Translations under genes and position numbers: made by a program
Notes under the pieces: model-generated
What the model was told of the DNA's origin: nothing
The model's input: only the letters and a program-made list of their open reading frames with translations
Databases searched by the model: none
NCBI RefSeq assembly: GCF_006345805.1
Contig: NC_043005.1
Span: 47,058,001-47,122,000, forward strand
Origin: Octopus sinensis
Taxonomy: Eukaryota
Direction of reading: 5' to 3'
DNA: 64,000 nt
Shown: positions 11,822 through 24,730 of the stretch, piece by piece
How the letters are laid out: every line of letters starts with the position of its first letter
How positions within the stretch are numbered: the first letter of the stretch is position 1

Positions 11822-12313
11822 CACACTCAATATATGTGTTTCGTTTGTTCACTGGTTGGCTGTGATTCGATGCGATAGCGGTGACCTTCTCAAAGTGCGG
11901 ATGTTAAAACACCTGAAAGTCAATGTCATACGCAGGCGAGACAATACACCCTAAGTGTTTGTGTGTTCGATAGTGTTTGCAATACTCGCGCTGCTCTAAT
12001 TCATATTTGAATTTATTTCTATGTACGTTTCGTTCAGGCATACTAGCAGATGGTTTTTACGCCATTTTACATTTAGTCAAGGACTGGCTATTCAATTTAT
12101 CTCCGGTTCGGATCAGATACATAATGTTGATAAGCCACAAAAATGGCGAAACATCAAAGTCCACCACTCTTGAATGGGACTTGAGGTGAATTGTCTCGCC
12201 TGTCTGTGACTATGAGTTTCAAGTATTTTAACACCTGAAACTCTTTGAGAGGGTCACCTCCACCACGCATAAATCGCAGTGGAGCGGTGAACTACCAAAA
12301 CACATATATCGTG
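11822..12313. mobile_element. MITE with ~140-bp imperfect TIRs and TA flanks (Tc1/mariner-like)
   Basis: ta|cac..atatatgtgttt..ggtgacc-tctcaaag..caggcgagacaat mirrored at the right end, which finishes gtg|ta. Confidence 0.75.
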
Positions 12314-13399
12314 TACGCATGCTCGATTATATATATATTTCTTCCTAACCAAATGGTTCCGGATTCAGCCCCACAGCAGGGCACCATAGGTACGTGTTTT
12401 TTTCTAGTTTACCACTCTGCCTTTCATTCTCTCAGGGTCGATAAATTAACCACCAGTGAAACCATTCGATCGATATAATGGACTAGTCTCCTCTCCCAAT
12501 AAACATTTTGAGAGCATTTCTCATCGTAAAACACCGGTTTCATAAACAAACAAAATCCTTTTAATAGTTTGCTAATTTTCTTATGGATTGTAAAGGATTA
12601 TTTTTAGAGAAATCGAAATAACTTTACTTGCGTTTTCTATTTGTTCTTTTGCCGTGCTTTTCGTTGTCATTTTTAAAAATGATTTTGTAAGATTGTACTG
12701 TTATACACTTAGTGCTGTATTTCATTCAGAACTAAATTTTTTCACTGTTTTTAGATGTCATAAAGATGTCAATGAAATTATGATTCACAACAATCAAATG
12801 ACACCAAAACAATTTTCTGATGCTTAGAGCATTATGACGTATGAGCATAAATTACTGCAGCATTTCCTGGCCCTATTCGTGTTTATTAATAACTAATATA
12901 CATACAGTCATCCGAGTTCGCCGTTTTTGATAAATGGTTTTAAAAAGATGTTTACAATATGATGGTGCGGAAATGTTGATTCACTCATATTTGTTGCATT
13001 TAAGCAATTCCTTTATACTAAAGTATTATAAAAGGTCAAACGACCCTACGGCCTTCCCCTTGAAAGGATGGCACTGTGAAAAATTCCAAAATTGAAACCT
13101 ACAACTTGGAACAAACATTGATACAGGCATAAATACATACATCTACTTTATATCTTACGATACAGAAATGTCGGTAGGAAGACATAGTGGTTGGACTTGT
13201 TTTTTTTTTCTTTTTTAGCATTTATTGTCACTTTCATTTATTAGTCTATATGTCAATATATTTACACTAACGGCGGCAGAATCGTTTGCACGCCAGGCAA
13301 AGTTTGAACTCAAATCGTAGAGAGTCGGGACAAATGCATATGCATGCTGGTTGATGCCGTAACGATTCTGCCTGTTCGCTTCATGACTGGTCAAGGGTG

Positions 13400-13900
13400 A
13401 AGATACTGTGTGGATTTTACGTGAAGATACTTTAGCCCTAGTGAAAAGATGTTTAGCATCTGCAAAGAAGTGTGCCTGTTAGAAGTGATTGTGGGTGTGT
13501 TATTGATAAATTAAAGGAAGAGTGAGAAAAATATAACTTAAACTTAAGGTTGATCCGAGTTGATTGAACGTGTGTTCGAGACAGTATCAACAGTATCTAC
13601 ATTGAATTGACAGTAATCCTCTAATGTCGATATTAAAGACATACAGAGTCTATGAGAAAGAAATACAGCGATATGGTTCTCTTGCCAAACACCGTCAAAA
13701 ATTTTACAGCTGTCAAGAGTAACAACATTGCTATTAGCGAAGTTCTTAAACGTGATAATATTATACACTGGTCGATCTCGTTCTCTGTTGATCGTACTCG
13801 TGATGAAGAACAGAAAAGAGAGAAATTATGGGTGATGAAATTTTCTTCACCAGCAGATCAAGGCATTTTGCTGCAGATGCTGTAATTATTCTTGCTACTG
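13400..13900 (-). pseudogene. CR1/Jockey-type RT fossil
   Basis: HHEYDQQRTRST (cf. HQYGFR..RST), VTLDSCKIFDGVW (cf. LDISKAFDRVW), FINN..HFFADAK (cf. FADD). Confidence 0.7.
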
Positions 13901-14017
13901 TTGTTATTGTAGTTGTTAATTTTTCTTGACAGAGCAAGCCAAAGTTCAAATTCGTTCATGTTATGAGAACTATCGTATCCGTTTTTTTTCAGGCATTGTC
14001 AACATAGGGCCACTTTA

Positions 14018-14401
14018 GGATCTTTTCTCTTTGAACGGCAGATCGAGAAATTAATTTTTTGTAACTAAGCACTTTCAAACCTCGGACACTGGTAGAATGT
14101 GTTATATAAAACATCTTTTATTCTTTGTGTTGTTGAGAAAAGTTTCTATTTTCAAAGTTATTTCGTGTTAAAGTTGTCGTATTTCGGTAATTTTACTCAG
14201 CTGAATACACGTCATTGATTGGTTGAAATTACCGAAATACGACAACATTAACACGAAATAACTTTGAAATTAGAAACTTTTCTCAACAACACTAAGAGTA
14301 AAAGATGTTTTATATGACACATTCTACAAGTGTCCGAAATTTGAAAGTGTTTAACTACAAAATATTAATTTCTCGATCTGCCGTTCAAAGGGAAAAGATC
14401 C
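14018..14401. mobile_element. Fold-back MITE, GGATC termini, 8-bp TSD CCACTTTA
   Basis: ~175-bp arms with few mismatches; identical ccacttta at 14010-14017 and 14402-14409. Confidence 0.92.
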
Positions 14402-14579
14402 CCACTTTATCCTTCTAGTGGTAGCTATATTTATCAAGTTCGACGATAATCTATATAGGATCCATTATTGATTCATACTCATATGTCTACTGTCCTAACA
14501 GGTGTGAAATGTTTTTACGATAAGCATTTTCGCTGGAGAAAATTTCCGTTAAGTTACTTTAAAAAATATGAATTTGATT

Positions 14580-14800
14580 AAGGCGGTGTGGTGGCAGAAC
14601 CGTTAGCACACCAGGCAAAATTGCTTAGCGGCATTTCGATCATCTTTACACGCTGATTTTAAATTCTGATGAACTCAACTGGGTCTTTTATCCTCTCGGG
14701 GTCAATAAAATAAATATCAGTTTAGTGCTGGGCTCGATGTAATCGACTTACACCCTCCACTGAACTTGCTGGCCTTGTACCAGAATTCGAAACCAATATA
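14580..14800 (+). mobile_element. SINE family B, degenerate
   Basis: aggcggtgtggtggcagaaccgttagca head and ggggtcaataaaa body. Confidence 0.8.
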
Positions 14801-15898
14801 TTAATTTGATAAATGCCAGATAAGTTTTATAACAGATTTGTAATTCTTAGAGATGAGGGATCTTGGTAAAAGAAAAACAAAAAAAAAAAACAACAAAATT
14901 AAAAACAATCTGATATGCATAGCCGTATATGAAGAATATAAATATCGTCATAGGAGCTATATTTTCCCAATAAATAACTATTTATATGGTGAAACTGGAA
15001 AAAAAATATTGGCCTCACCTGTATTGTGCAATGAATGATATCAGCATTGCTGGCCTTGGTTTCGTGATGCGGAAATCTTTTCATATGTTATTTATCTCGA
15101 TAAAAAAATAGAAAAAAAAATCAGTATGAGGAAATTTCCAAAGAAAGAAATGTTGCAAATCTGTAAAAGAAATATGGTTATCAATAGATATTGATTTACC
15201 GCATAGATACTCGCTGAATGTAACTGATGCTTTATTTGATCTTGTTGAGTTACAGTTTTTACATAAAAAAAAGACGTGATGCGTAATTTCTTTTTCTTAA
15301 AAATATAACTAGTAAGCTATCTTTTGGCAGCCTTATCGTTCAAAGGAGAATGTATGATACTGTATTTCTAAAGGCACGAGAGAGGAATTCTAAATATAAT
15401 TCATTGAATAGATTGATAATTTTATGAGAAAAACGCTTCTTCCGATAGCCGCATCTTACCTTGTTTTCATACAAATAAGGCCAACATCATTGGTCAAAGA
15501 CCCCGTGTTGAATTTCTGGTATCAGTTATTTGTCACAAGTGTATAAATTTGTTTGCAACAATCGATTTTATGCTTCCTATAAACCTGCGGGTAAAAGTTT
15601 TGTTTAAAATATGTCACTAGTAATGAATATTTTCAATCAGAAGTAATGCGTGATGAAATGTATGATTTCGGCCCTAACTGAGGTCAATTCACTCCGGGTT
15701 AAAACTTTCAATATTATAGGGAAGCGCATAGTGTTCTCATTAGTTGTTCTTTTGAGAGATGTTATATTTCCAACCCCTAAACACAATGATATGTGTAATA
15801 TAGACTCTCCCGTTGAAGACAATGTATGAATGTCCATCTTTTGCCGAACGACCTGCATAAAATATCTGATTATAGTGATCAAATATATGCTATTGCTT

Positions 15899-16201
15899 GT
15901 TGTTGTTTGTTCCTTCTCGAGCCATGCATGGCTCATAAGGGCCGGTTTCCCGGTTTGCTTGGCGTATAGTTTTCCCACCTGGACGGGACGCCGGTCTGTC
16001 GCAGGTGAGCTGCAATGTGCAGGAAGAAAGAGTCAGAGAAAGTTGTGGCGAAGGAGTCAGCAGAAGTTCGCCATTACCTTCTGCCGGAGCCGCGTGGGGC
16101 ATAGGTGTTTCGCTCATAAACATACACATCACCCGGTCTGAGATTCGAACCCACGATCCCTCGACCGCGAGTCCACTGCTCTAACCTCTTGGCCATGTGC
16201 C
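15899..16201 (-). mobile_element. SINE family C (tRNA head, V-domain-like body)
   Basis: A box tggccaagagg, B box ggttcgaatc; second copy at 45297-45607. Confidence 0.88.
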
Positions 16202-16213
16202 ATACTATCTTTA

Positions 16214-16379
16214 TCAAATCCACGTTGCTCGAACAAGTTCCCGGTGTGCCACAAGTCAGAAGTGGAAGTGATCGCAGAGCAACGTGAGATGAAGTATTTT
16301 TACTCAAGAGCACAACGCACCACCCAGTTTAGGAACTAAAACCGCGATCTCGCGATCGTTAGTGCAACACCCTAACCAT
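16214..16379 (-). mobile_element. SINE family D head and CORE-like segment
   Basis: atggttagggtgttgcac..gttgtgctcttgagtaaa..cttcatctcacgttgctc; related copy at 56860. Confidence 0.7.
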
Positions 16380-16420
16380 GATACGATGCGCGTTCATGAA
16401 TATATTATGTAATACAATAC

Positions 16421-17631
16421 ATATCCCTAGTCTGGCCGTTGAGGCACCACTGCTGACCTTGCGACCAGATCCCTCCACCCGTCTCTGTCTTCTACCCCTC
16501 GCACTGCGTCTCTCATCTTTAAGTCTGTCCACTCACATATGTTGCTTTCCCACCTCTTTCTCTGTCTGTCTCCTCATCTACCAATATCGACTGTTCCATG
16601 AAGTATTGTTTTTGACATCCCTGATGAGCGGGTGACATGCCCAAACTACCTGAGCCTGTGTTTCTTTACTGTGGTAAAAAGTCCGTCATAGGGGCCCTAT
16701 TTCTTGCCTTATTCTTCTTTTCACTTCTTCATTTGTGACTCGAATTCTGTATGAGATTCCCAAAAGCCTCCTGCAACATTTTATCTCAGTAATCTGGATT
16801 CTTCTTTAGATTTCTACTGTCAGTGTCCACGTTTCGCAAGCGTATAGTAATATTGAGATCACTAGTGGTCTCAGTAGATATTTCTGTTTTTCCACAGTGT
16901 TCTGAATTTGGTCATTGCTGCTGTTGTTTTGACAATGCGGGATATCACTTCAGCCTTGGAACCTTGGTCACTCACTAGCACCTCAAGCTATTTGAAGTTT
17001 TGAACATGTTCAAGCTCAACTCCATTTGGGCAATTTGTCTTAACTTTTGTTTTCTTTGCGCTCATCTCCACGTCAAATTCATTGGAGGTCTTGTCAGGCG
17101 CTCTACTAGTTGTTTCAATTCTTGTTCTGAGCCCGTTCGCCCGACAATATCATCGGCAAAATTCAGGTTTGTCAGGTTTCTGTCACTAATGCTAATCGTA
17201 CCATTGCGATCTTCCAGTGCTTCGATCATAACCTGAAGGAAGATGTTCAACAAGGTTGATGAGAGCGGGCAGCTTTGTATTACACCGATTGTTCTTTCGA
17301 ACCACTCGTCAATGCTGCCGTCAAGGTAAACAACACCACTCGCTTCATCATACAGACCACCAATGGCACGAATGAGTTTCACGTTGATGTTATATAGCCT
17401 CATGGTCGACCAGAGTGCTGCATGCTGCACTCTATCAAATACCTTTTCGAAGTCCCCAAACACATGTAAAAGTTCTTGATAGTACTGAAGATAGCACTCA
17501 CACAAGATTCCTTTAATTGAAAATTTGTTCTATTGTGCTGCGACCAACCCTTAATTCCTGCTTGCTCCTCAGCAATGATATCTTCCGCTTGGGGGTTGAA
17601 TCTATTAAGGATGATTCTCAACATCACTTTC
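16421..17631 (-). mobile_element. RTE-clade LINE, 5'-truncated and frameshifted
   Basis: KVMLRIILNR..EEQAG, DFEKVFDRVQH, GVIQSCPLSSTLLNIFL, LNFADDI, C-terminal GHVTRSSGMSKTIL..SAVVPQRP. Confidence 0.93.
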
Positions 17632-17649
17632 CTTCTTTTTGTTTTCTTT

Positions 17650-17774
17650 TTGGCAAGATCATCACCAGCAATGGAGTCTGAGGTGCGGGCCACTCTCCTG
17701 CCTGTTAGATCTGATCACATATTATAAGGAGCTAGTGCAGGCACGAGGAGAGGCCATGGTGGATGCAGCGCTCC
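17650..17774 (+). mobile_element. Inverted upstream segment of the same RTE
   Basis: SPAMESEVRATL..KELVQARGEAMVDAAL matches the RTE pre-RT region on the opposite strand. Confidence 0.7.
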
Positions 17775-17817
17775 TTGTAAAATATATATACACATATATA
17801 TATTATATATATATATA

Positions 17818-17960
17818 TATTGAGGTCGACTTTGCCTTTCATCCTTTCGGGGTCGATAAATTAAGTACCAGTTACGCCCTGGGGTCGATATAATCGACTT
17901 AATCTGTTTGTCTGTCGTTGTTTGTCCCCTCTGTGTTTAGCTCCTTGTGGGTAGTAAAGA
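17818..17960 (+). mobile_element. SINE family B, 3' half
   Basis: gaggtcgactttgcctttcatcctttcggggtcgataaattaagtacc..gtgggtagtaaaga. Confidence 0.9.
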
Positions 17961-18391
17961 TATATATATATATATATATCATTAATTAATCAATATATGG
18001 GTAGCAAAAAAATTCAAGAAAAATTCAAGAAAAATTTTCTGCAACCAGCGGTCAAGTGAGAAAGTAGAAATAGTCGCAGACTATATAATACATTCAACAA
18101 TAGTATTAAGGAATGACCCTGACAGGCCGTTCAACTCACTTGAAAGAGCAGCTAAACTCAAACCGCAAAATAGTAGTAATTCTGAAACTAAAGGAGAAAT
18201 AAAAACATTTATCCCCTTCAACTTTGTACCATGCATAGTTTCAACATTTTTACGTAATCGAATTCAATTAAATTAAATTGAATCCGTTTACGATTGGCTT
18301 GTCTCATCAGCAAAGTAGCCAAAGAAAGGAAAATATACACACACGAGGCAGCACCACCGAAGCCTCGAGTTTATATATCCTAAATTTTCGA

Positions 18392-18422
<31 letters not shown>

Positions 18423-20849
18423 TGTGTGTGTGTATATAAGTATGTGTATATATACATATGTATATAAAACTGAAAGAAGCTCATTATATATATGTGGGGG
18501 GTGTATATATATGTATGTATATATCTTCTTTTTGGCTTCTCGTTCTGTTTACTGAGCGGGTATTTTCATGTCTGTTGCATGCTTGATATCCACAAGCCCG
18601 ATTCGATAAAGTTTTGATCAGTTAAGCAGGTCAAAACTTGTAGTGTCCTTGCTTTTTCTCCCTTTTCTCTTGTCTCGAGGAAAAGCTATTTGGAAAGATA
18701 AACGTTGAGAGGCAATTTTGTGCCTAATACAAAACTCTGTTGTTGAAAGTATGTGCGTTCATTTGCATTACTATTAAGTAAGGAAGAAGCCTTTACGTAA
18801 CGCCATATTTAACCTATAAATTTAATAGATTGATCAAATGAAACGCTTACTTTCCATTCTGATGAGATCTTGAACTTATGATGTAACATACTACTGGCAA
18901 GTAATCAGTTTGGTCGTAACTCTCCCACTGTGTAATTATGTTACCGCTGGGATATTGTTTCATTCATTACGTAGGGCACAACAGAGGGCCAATAACTAGA
19001 TAGAAACTCATCACCCGTCATTAACAAAAAAAAAAAAAGAACGACCAACACTGTGTTCCTTACTTTAGTGAGGTAACACAAGGTTATGACAGATTCGTTT
19101 GTCTGTAACGTGACAGCTGAAAAGCTATTGAAAGTGGGCAGGATAGAGATTATGACACACCAATTTACGTAAGTTCTGTGTCACTGAAAGGAAAGACTAA
19201 GTAGTTATTAATCCACAACATTATATAATATCGACTCTTATTCTAGTTTTAATCCTTTCAATTGATGCAACTCATCTTTGCCTATTTCTTGCTTTACTCG
19301 CTCTCTTTCTTTCTCTCCTCTACTACACACACGTACATATGCACACACTTTCTCTCTTTCTTGTTTAGCACTCCTACTCCGTTATATCCTATTCTTTGCA
19401 AACCATTGTTATCCTATCTTCAGTAGTCTTGTGTATTAGCGTAGAATTATTAGGATATACTTGAAAAGAAGTATTCCAGATGGTCAGAGTCGATGGCTGT
19501 TTTGACGTATGCAGAAACGAACAGAAGATATTAGAATGACTGATAAATTAGACAAAGATTAGAGCTAGAAATATTAGACATCGACCGTGCTCTCACTAAC
19601 CAGTAGTAGTCAATACATTACATTAAATGACTGAATAATTCAGAAAAGTCTGTTTACTCACGAAGTTTTTAAGATAATTTCAACTTTCCCTGAAATTATA
19701 TTTTGTAAACTATATTTACATTTATTATAATTATTTAAATAATCTTGTCAAAAATAATGTTTTATAATTATGTATTTCCAATTGCGAAAGAATTAAGACA
19801 AAATTTCATACATTGATCTTCTTTGTGTTTATCACTGCTGATATGACGCAAGGGCCTTTCATTCCCGATCAAAATTATTTGCCATAGTGCACTACATCCA
19901 TTTTCGTTCGGATTCCACATTCTCCGTCTGGTGGACATAGTGTTTCGAAAAATTCTATTCTGTTAAAATAAGTAACAATGAAATTACTGGATGACTGTAA
20001 TCTATTTTACTTCTAGAGTAATCTATTTTACTTCAAATAACTGAAAATAGTAAAAAAATACTCCAATAATATAACGAGAATCAGTAATGTGTTGAAATAT
20101 AGTTCGACAGAGTTCATAGTTAGATACAGAAGTTGGTTAAACAAATAGCGTAATTAATGTGAGCAGAGTGAGAGAACATGAAGAGTAAATTTGTTATATT
20201 TCTTGTTCAGAGGTCAACAACCCAGGATCCACCGATTTTATTGAATATCTGACATCGCATACAAAAATTCATAATTTTCTTCGTCAGTTCTTAGTTAACA
20301 AACTATAAAATTCACCAACAGAAATTACAACAAAACTTTCATTTTTTCACTAGCATCAACATTTTAATATTAATAATAATATAACGAAAAATAGAGAGAT
20401 TACTTCATTTTGTAAAACTTTTTCGACCAGTTAGTCCAGTGAAATATATTAGACTAGTTACAATACTTTCACCTTCTTAAATGAATAGAAAGAAAGAGAA
20501 CAGAGTCTCATATATTGTTGCAATAGTGTTGAATAAACGATGCTAGTTAGGAAAAGCGAGTAACATAAAATGTTTTCTTTGCCGTCGAAGAACACATATA
20601 AATTATCTGTTACCACATTTCTCTCAAAGTGTGATCTGCGACTCTAGAATTATTTGAAGAATAAATAAAACGTTTCTGCAGTGAAATAATAATATAGTCC
20701 ATGATAGCCCTAACGTATACAGTACTGTCGATGTTGTTTCAATTTGATGGACAAATGTCGTCTGTATGAAAGTTGTAAGTATGTTTGTGCATCGTTTGCT
20801 TTCTTAACTTTGTCTTTATTGTGTATGGCCAATGATGAAGGGCGGCAGC

Positions 20850-21430
20850 AAATGATGAAATACTGTCGACGTTAGCACAAAAAGACAAACTTAGAACGCT
20901 GCCGTCAATGTAATCCTGTGCAGGGAAGTCCTATTTTCTTCATTTATGCTAACATCCAGTATAGTTCCTGAAGAAAAATCACCTTTTCACAACAGACTAT
21001 AAACGCTTAATAAAGAAAATACTATTCAGAATATCGACATAAGTGAAACGATCACACGACGGAAGTGTGTTTCAAGGACACGCTAGAAACTTCTTTGGAA
21101 ATTCTTAAACTTCATCGAGATTCCTCGAATCCTTATAACATTGAATCAACAACACTCATCAACAGTATGAAAGAAACTGAAATCAAATACGAGTGTAGCA
21201 ATCTAAAATGCTCGGTTAGCATATGCACGAATGAGTGTTAAGAATACAACTGTCTGAAAGGTTAATATTGATGAAAATGTTCTAACAAATGAGCTATGGG
21301 TGATCATCAAGGAATGATAGCAGCCAACATTGTTGTATTGGTGGAACAAAGTACGAGAATAATTAGGGACATGAAGGAGATTTATAATCATGCTAAGAAA
21401 GAGTAAGGTAGTCCGCTACTGTGCCTGAAA
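20850..21430 (+). pseudogene. Possible decayed RTE 3' region
   Basis: Weak resemblance to the LLYA-E-W..RTKVRD..EIYNH..GHVAR region. Confidence 0.3.
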
Positions 21431-21699
21431 GGTTTTGGTCTTACTCCTCACTCATTAACGATGCTACCCTAACTTGACGCCGATTGTACATATATTTAGT
21501 CTTAGAGCACAGTTTTTGCCATCTGAGTAAAATGAAGCAATATGAAATAAAGTGTGCTACCCAATGGAATTAAGCTCACATTCTTATGATCGAGAGCCCC
21601 ATTGATTCACCTTTAGGTCACTCGCATTTCCATAACCATGTAAACATTGCTGTAATTTATAACAATTTTTTCAGGCAGTCGATGAAGCTTCCACTAGGT

Positions 21700-23140
21700 C
21701 ACCCGAAATAGCCGCTCAATTTTACTCACGTTACATTAGCTGGTATTTAAAAGGAGAACATACTCTGATTACTATGGCAAAACAAAGGATGACTTTGTCA
21801 TAAATGAAATGATCCGGTGTAAACTAGAACAACAACAGTGCATTGTCATATTTTCTTAATTACACAATCATAAATGGTTGGCATATATAATCTACCAAAG
21901 ATATTTTGGTAGCTTCTAATAGTGTGCATGTTTCAAATTACTCCCATTTAGTGTCATACAATAAATGCTTTTATCCCACGATGGTTTGAAAGTTTTTGTG
22001 TTTAACTTTTTGGTGCACTGTAGACATGGTAAATACATTTGGGAAGAAGATATTAAACTATATACTGTTTCTGGTAGGCTGCTTTATATATTACTTTCTG
22101 TCAGTAATTTCACGTATCTCTAACAAGTCCACAAGAAGATGCATTCTCCTTTTTTATTGTCGTTGACTCGGAATATGGCTAATTTCTCAAAGAAACGTAT
22201 AGAGTTAATGGAGTCATCTCTAGTGTAAAACTGTTATTCTATCAATCCGTGAAAGATGGAAGGGCAAAATTGATCATGGCGGAATCTGAAAACAGAATTT
22301 AGAAATATAATATCGTTAGTTCGGTATTCAAATGTGTTTAGCACCAACTTGTTATCTAACATTATGAAAATATATATAAATTTTGAACATAAATTATTAT
22401 GGTGTTTTGTAATCGATTTTTGTCTCACCCAGTTCTTGGTAAATTCCGACTAGACCTTATAAGTAAATTCGGAACATGCATTTCATGATATTTAGTCAAT
22501 TGTACTTTACCACTTTGAACCATTTTGTTTTCTAGCATAGGAAGAAAGTGATGAATTTCTCTGACGTTACGCTCGATTTGATCCTGTAAATTCGGACTTG
22601 ACAAGATTTGATCTCAGAGCGTTAAGGAGCGTCACTAGATATTACGAATATTTAACTGTTACTCTACTGATCTTACCAACTAACACCTTCATGTACTTAA
22701 ACATAATTAACCTAAATCTTCATCCCCTTTTGTGGAGAGATACTATTCTTCTACCACATTCCTGTGGAAACAAATTAATTATGTAGTTCTACAGTTGCAG
22801 GTGCATGGAGTTTTCAACAATTTTGTCAATATGCTATCTTAGCAATTCATTCTTGTGGTGACTAATTTTTGCCATTGTTGCTCAGGAGCAGTTCCATGAT
22901 TGATAAAATTCAATTAAAAAATGAATGTAGATTAACTCATCTTTACTCAGGTCCTCCTTTTTCTCATTTAGTGTAAATTGTTGATGATTCTGTATGTTTT
23001 ATGGGGGGGGGACTTCTCTTTGTGAAGAAAGATTGGTTGTTCTTTTGTTAACACTTTTCTTCTTGGTTGCTCAGTTGCTTTACTGGGGGGGAAGATGATG
23101 TTGATGGAAATTTATTCATTCACTTTGATTAAATAAAATA
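21700..23140 (-). pseudogene. Possible Penelope-like RT fossil
   Basis: INIIF..KQLSNQEEKC (cf. INLSSK.LS..E.VL), later LPKYLW-RYIDD-like remnants; heavily mutated. Confidence 0.3.
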
Positions 23141-24239
23141 CACCATACATTTACTTAATTTTCTATAAAATACAATATTTGCATTTTTGTAGATAGAACT
23201 GTCTCAACGTAATTGTTCCTCATCAGCACAAACTAATTCGCGATATATTATTTAGTTTTGTTTTGTGTTTGGTTAATTTGTTTTGTTTTTGTTTCACTGT
23301 ACCTTCTTAGTATAAAATGATAAATTCTTATTTCAGGGGCAGGCATTATAGCGTACAGCAATGCCTATTTCGGTAAAAGATTGGTTTGTAGAGTTTGTGT
23401 ATAGGTTTGTATAAATGCCAGTGAATATACTTGTGTACGTGTGTGTGTGTGTGTAAATGTCGATTTATACATATACATATATATATATATATGTGTATAA
23501 ACTGTATGGCATTTAAGTGGACGGCATGTTTTATCGTGTTTACTGGCCAGCATAAATTTGTCTTTTTGTATAGTGTCGTCGTTCCTACGAGCTGACTAAC
23601 TGCATAAAAGCATGGCGTGAAGTGTTAATCCTGCATTGCTTGCAGAGGAAATCAAAACGAATGTTTTATGTAAAAGATCAACATTATTTCAATGTAATGT
23701 AGCAGTAAGAGGCTACATCTCTTACAAAGTGTATTGATACATCCACTGATTTATGACTGTAGAAATAATAGAAACACAACAACAGCCCTATTCTCAAATT
23801 TTGTTTAGTTAACAATGATATATACTTAGATCGTTAGATGTGTACAGAGCCAACGCATAGTAACTCAGCACATAATTAGTAAAGAAAACTAAAGTCTTCC
23901 TATATGATATTATACGCAGACAGGCAGATAGGCAAACAAAGAATTTGATTGATTGACAGAGAGACTGTTGAAGTAAACATTTCATTCAGCGAAGGTAGTA
24001 TCATACCTATTTTTGTATTACTGTCTTATCCTCTAAATCACACATTAAATACACTACAAATATGTATTGATCATTGCATGCATGGACACATACATTTCCG
24101 TAGACATAAGTGTGTATAAGTATGCATACTTAAAGACGTACTGACGAGTTCTCACAAAATACACAAACAGTTGATCTCTTCTACATACACGCTATGAAAA
24201 CTAGTTTTCTTTACATTTTATATTTGCTTAGAAGCATTA

Positions 24240-24247
24240 TTATTTAA

Positions 24248-24290
<43 letters not shown>

Positions 24291-24381
24291 TATTCGTTTT
24301 AGCCATGCGGCTGCGATCATGCTTATAAGCATGTATGTATATGTATTATATATACATATATATATATACATATATATATAC

Positions 24382-24412
<31 letters not shown>

Positions 24413-24510
24413 CATATATGTATATGTATATATTATGTATATATGTATATATATATATATATATATATACATACATATATATATATATATATACATACAT
24501 ATATATATAT

Positions 24511-24564
<54 letters not shown>

Positions 24565-24730
24565 GTATATGTATATGTATATATTATGTATATATGTATG
24601 TATATATATATGTACATATGTGTGTGTATATATATGTGCGTATATATATGATGATAAATAGATATAGATATCGATGTATATATATATATTTGTGTGTGTG
24701 TGTGTTTGTGTGCGCGTGTGTGCCTTTGTG
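24240..24730. repeat. (TA)/(TACA)/(TG) compound microsatellite
   Basis: Direct repeats; source of several spurious ORFs. Confidence 0.95.

Noticed and set aside
12754-12830. Possible terminal exon CHKDVNEIMIHNNQMTPKQFSDA after ttttttcactgtttttag
   Set aside because: Acceptor-like tracts are common in AT-rich DNA; no homology or partner exon
18848-18965. Minus-strand MKQYPSGNIITQWESY.. ending at a GTAAGC donor
   Set aside because: Too short and no family recognised
23576-23700. Open frame CRRSYELTNCIKAW.. after an acceptor-like tract
   Set aside because: No good donor and no homology
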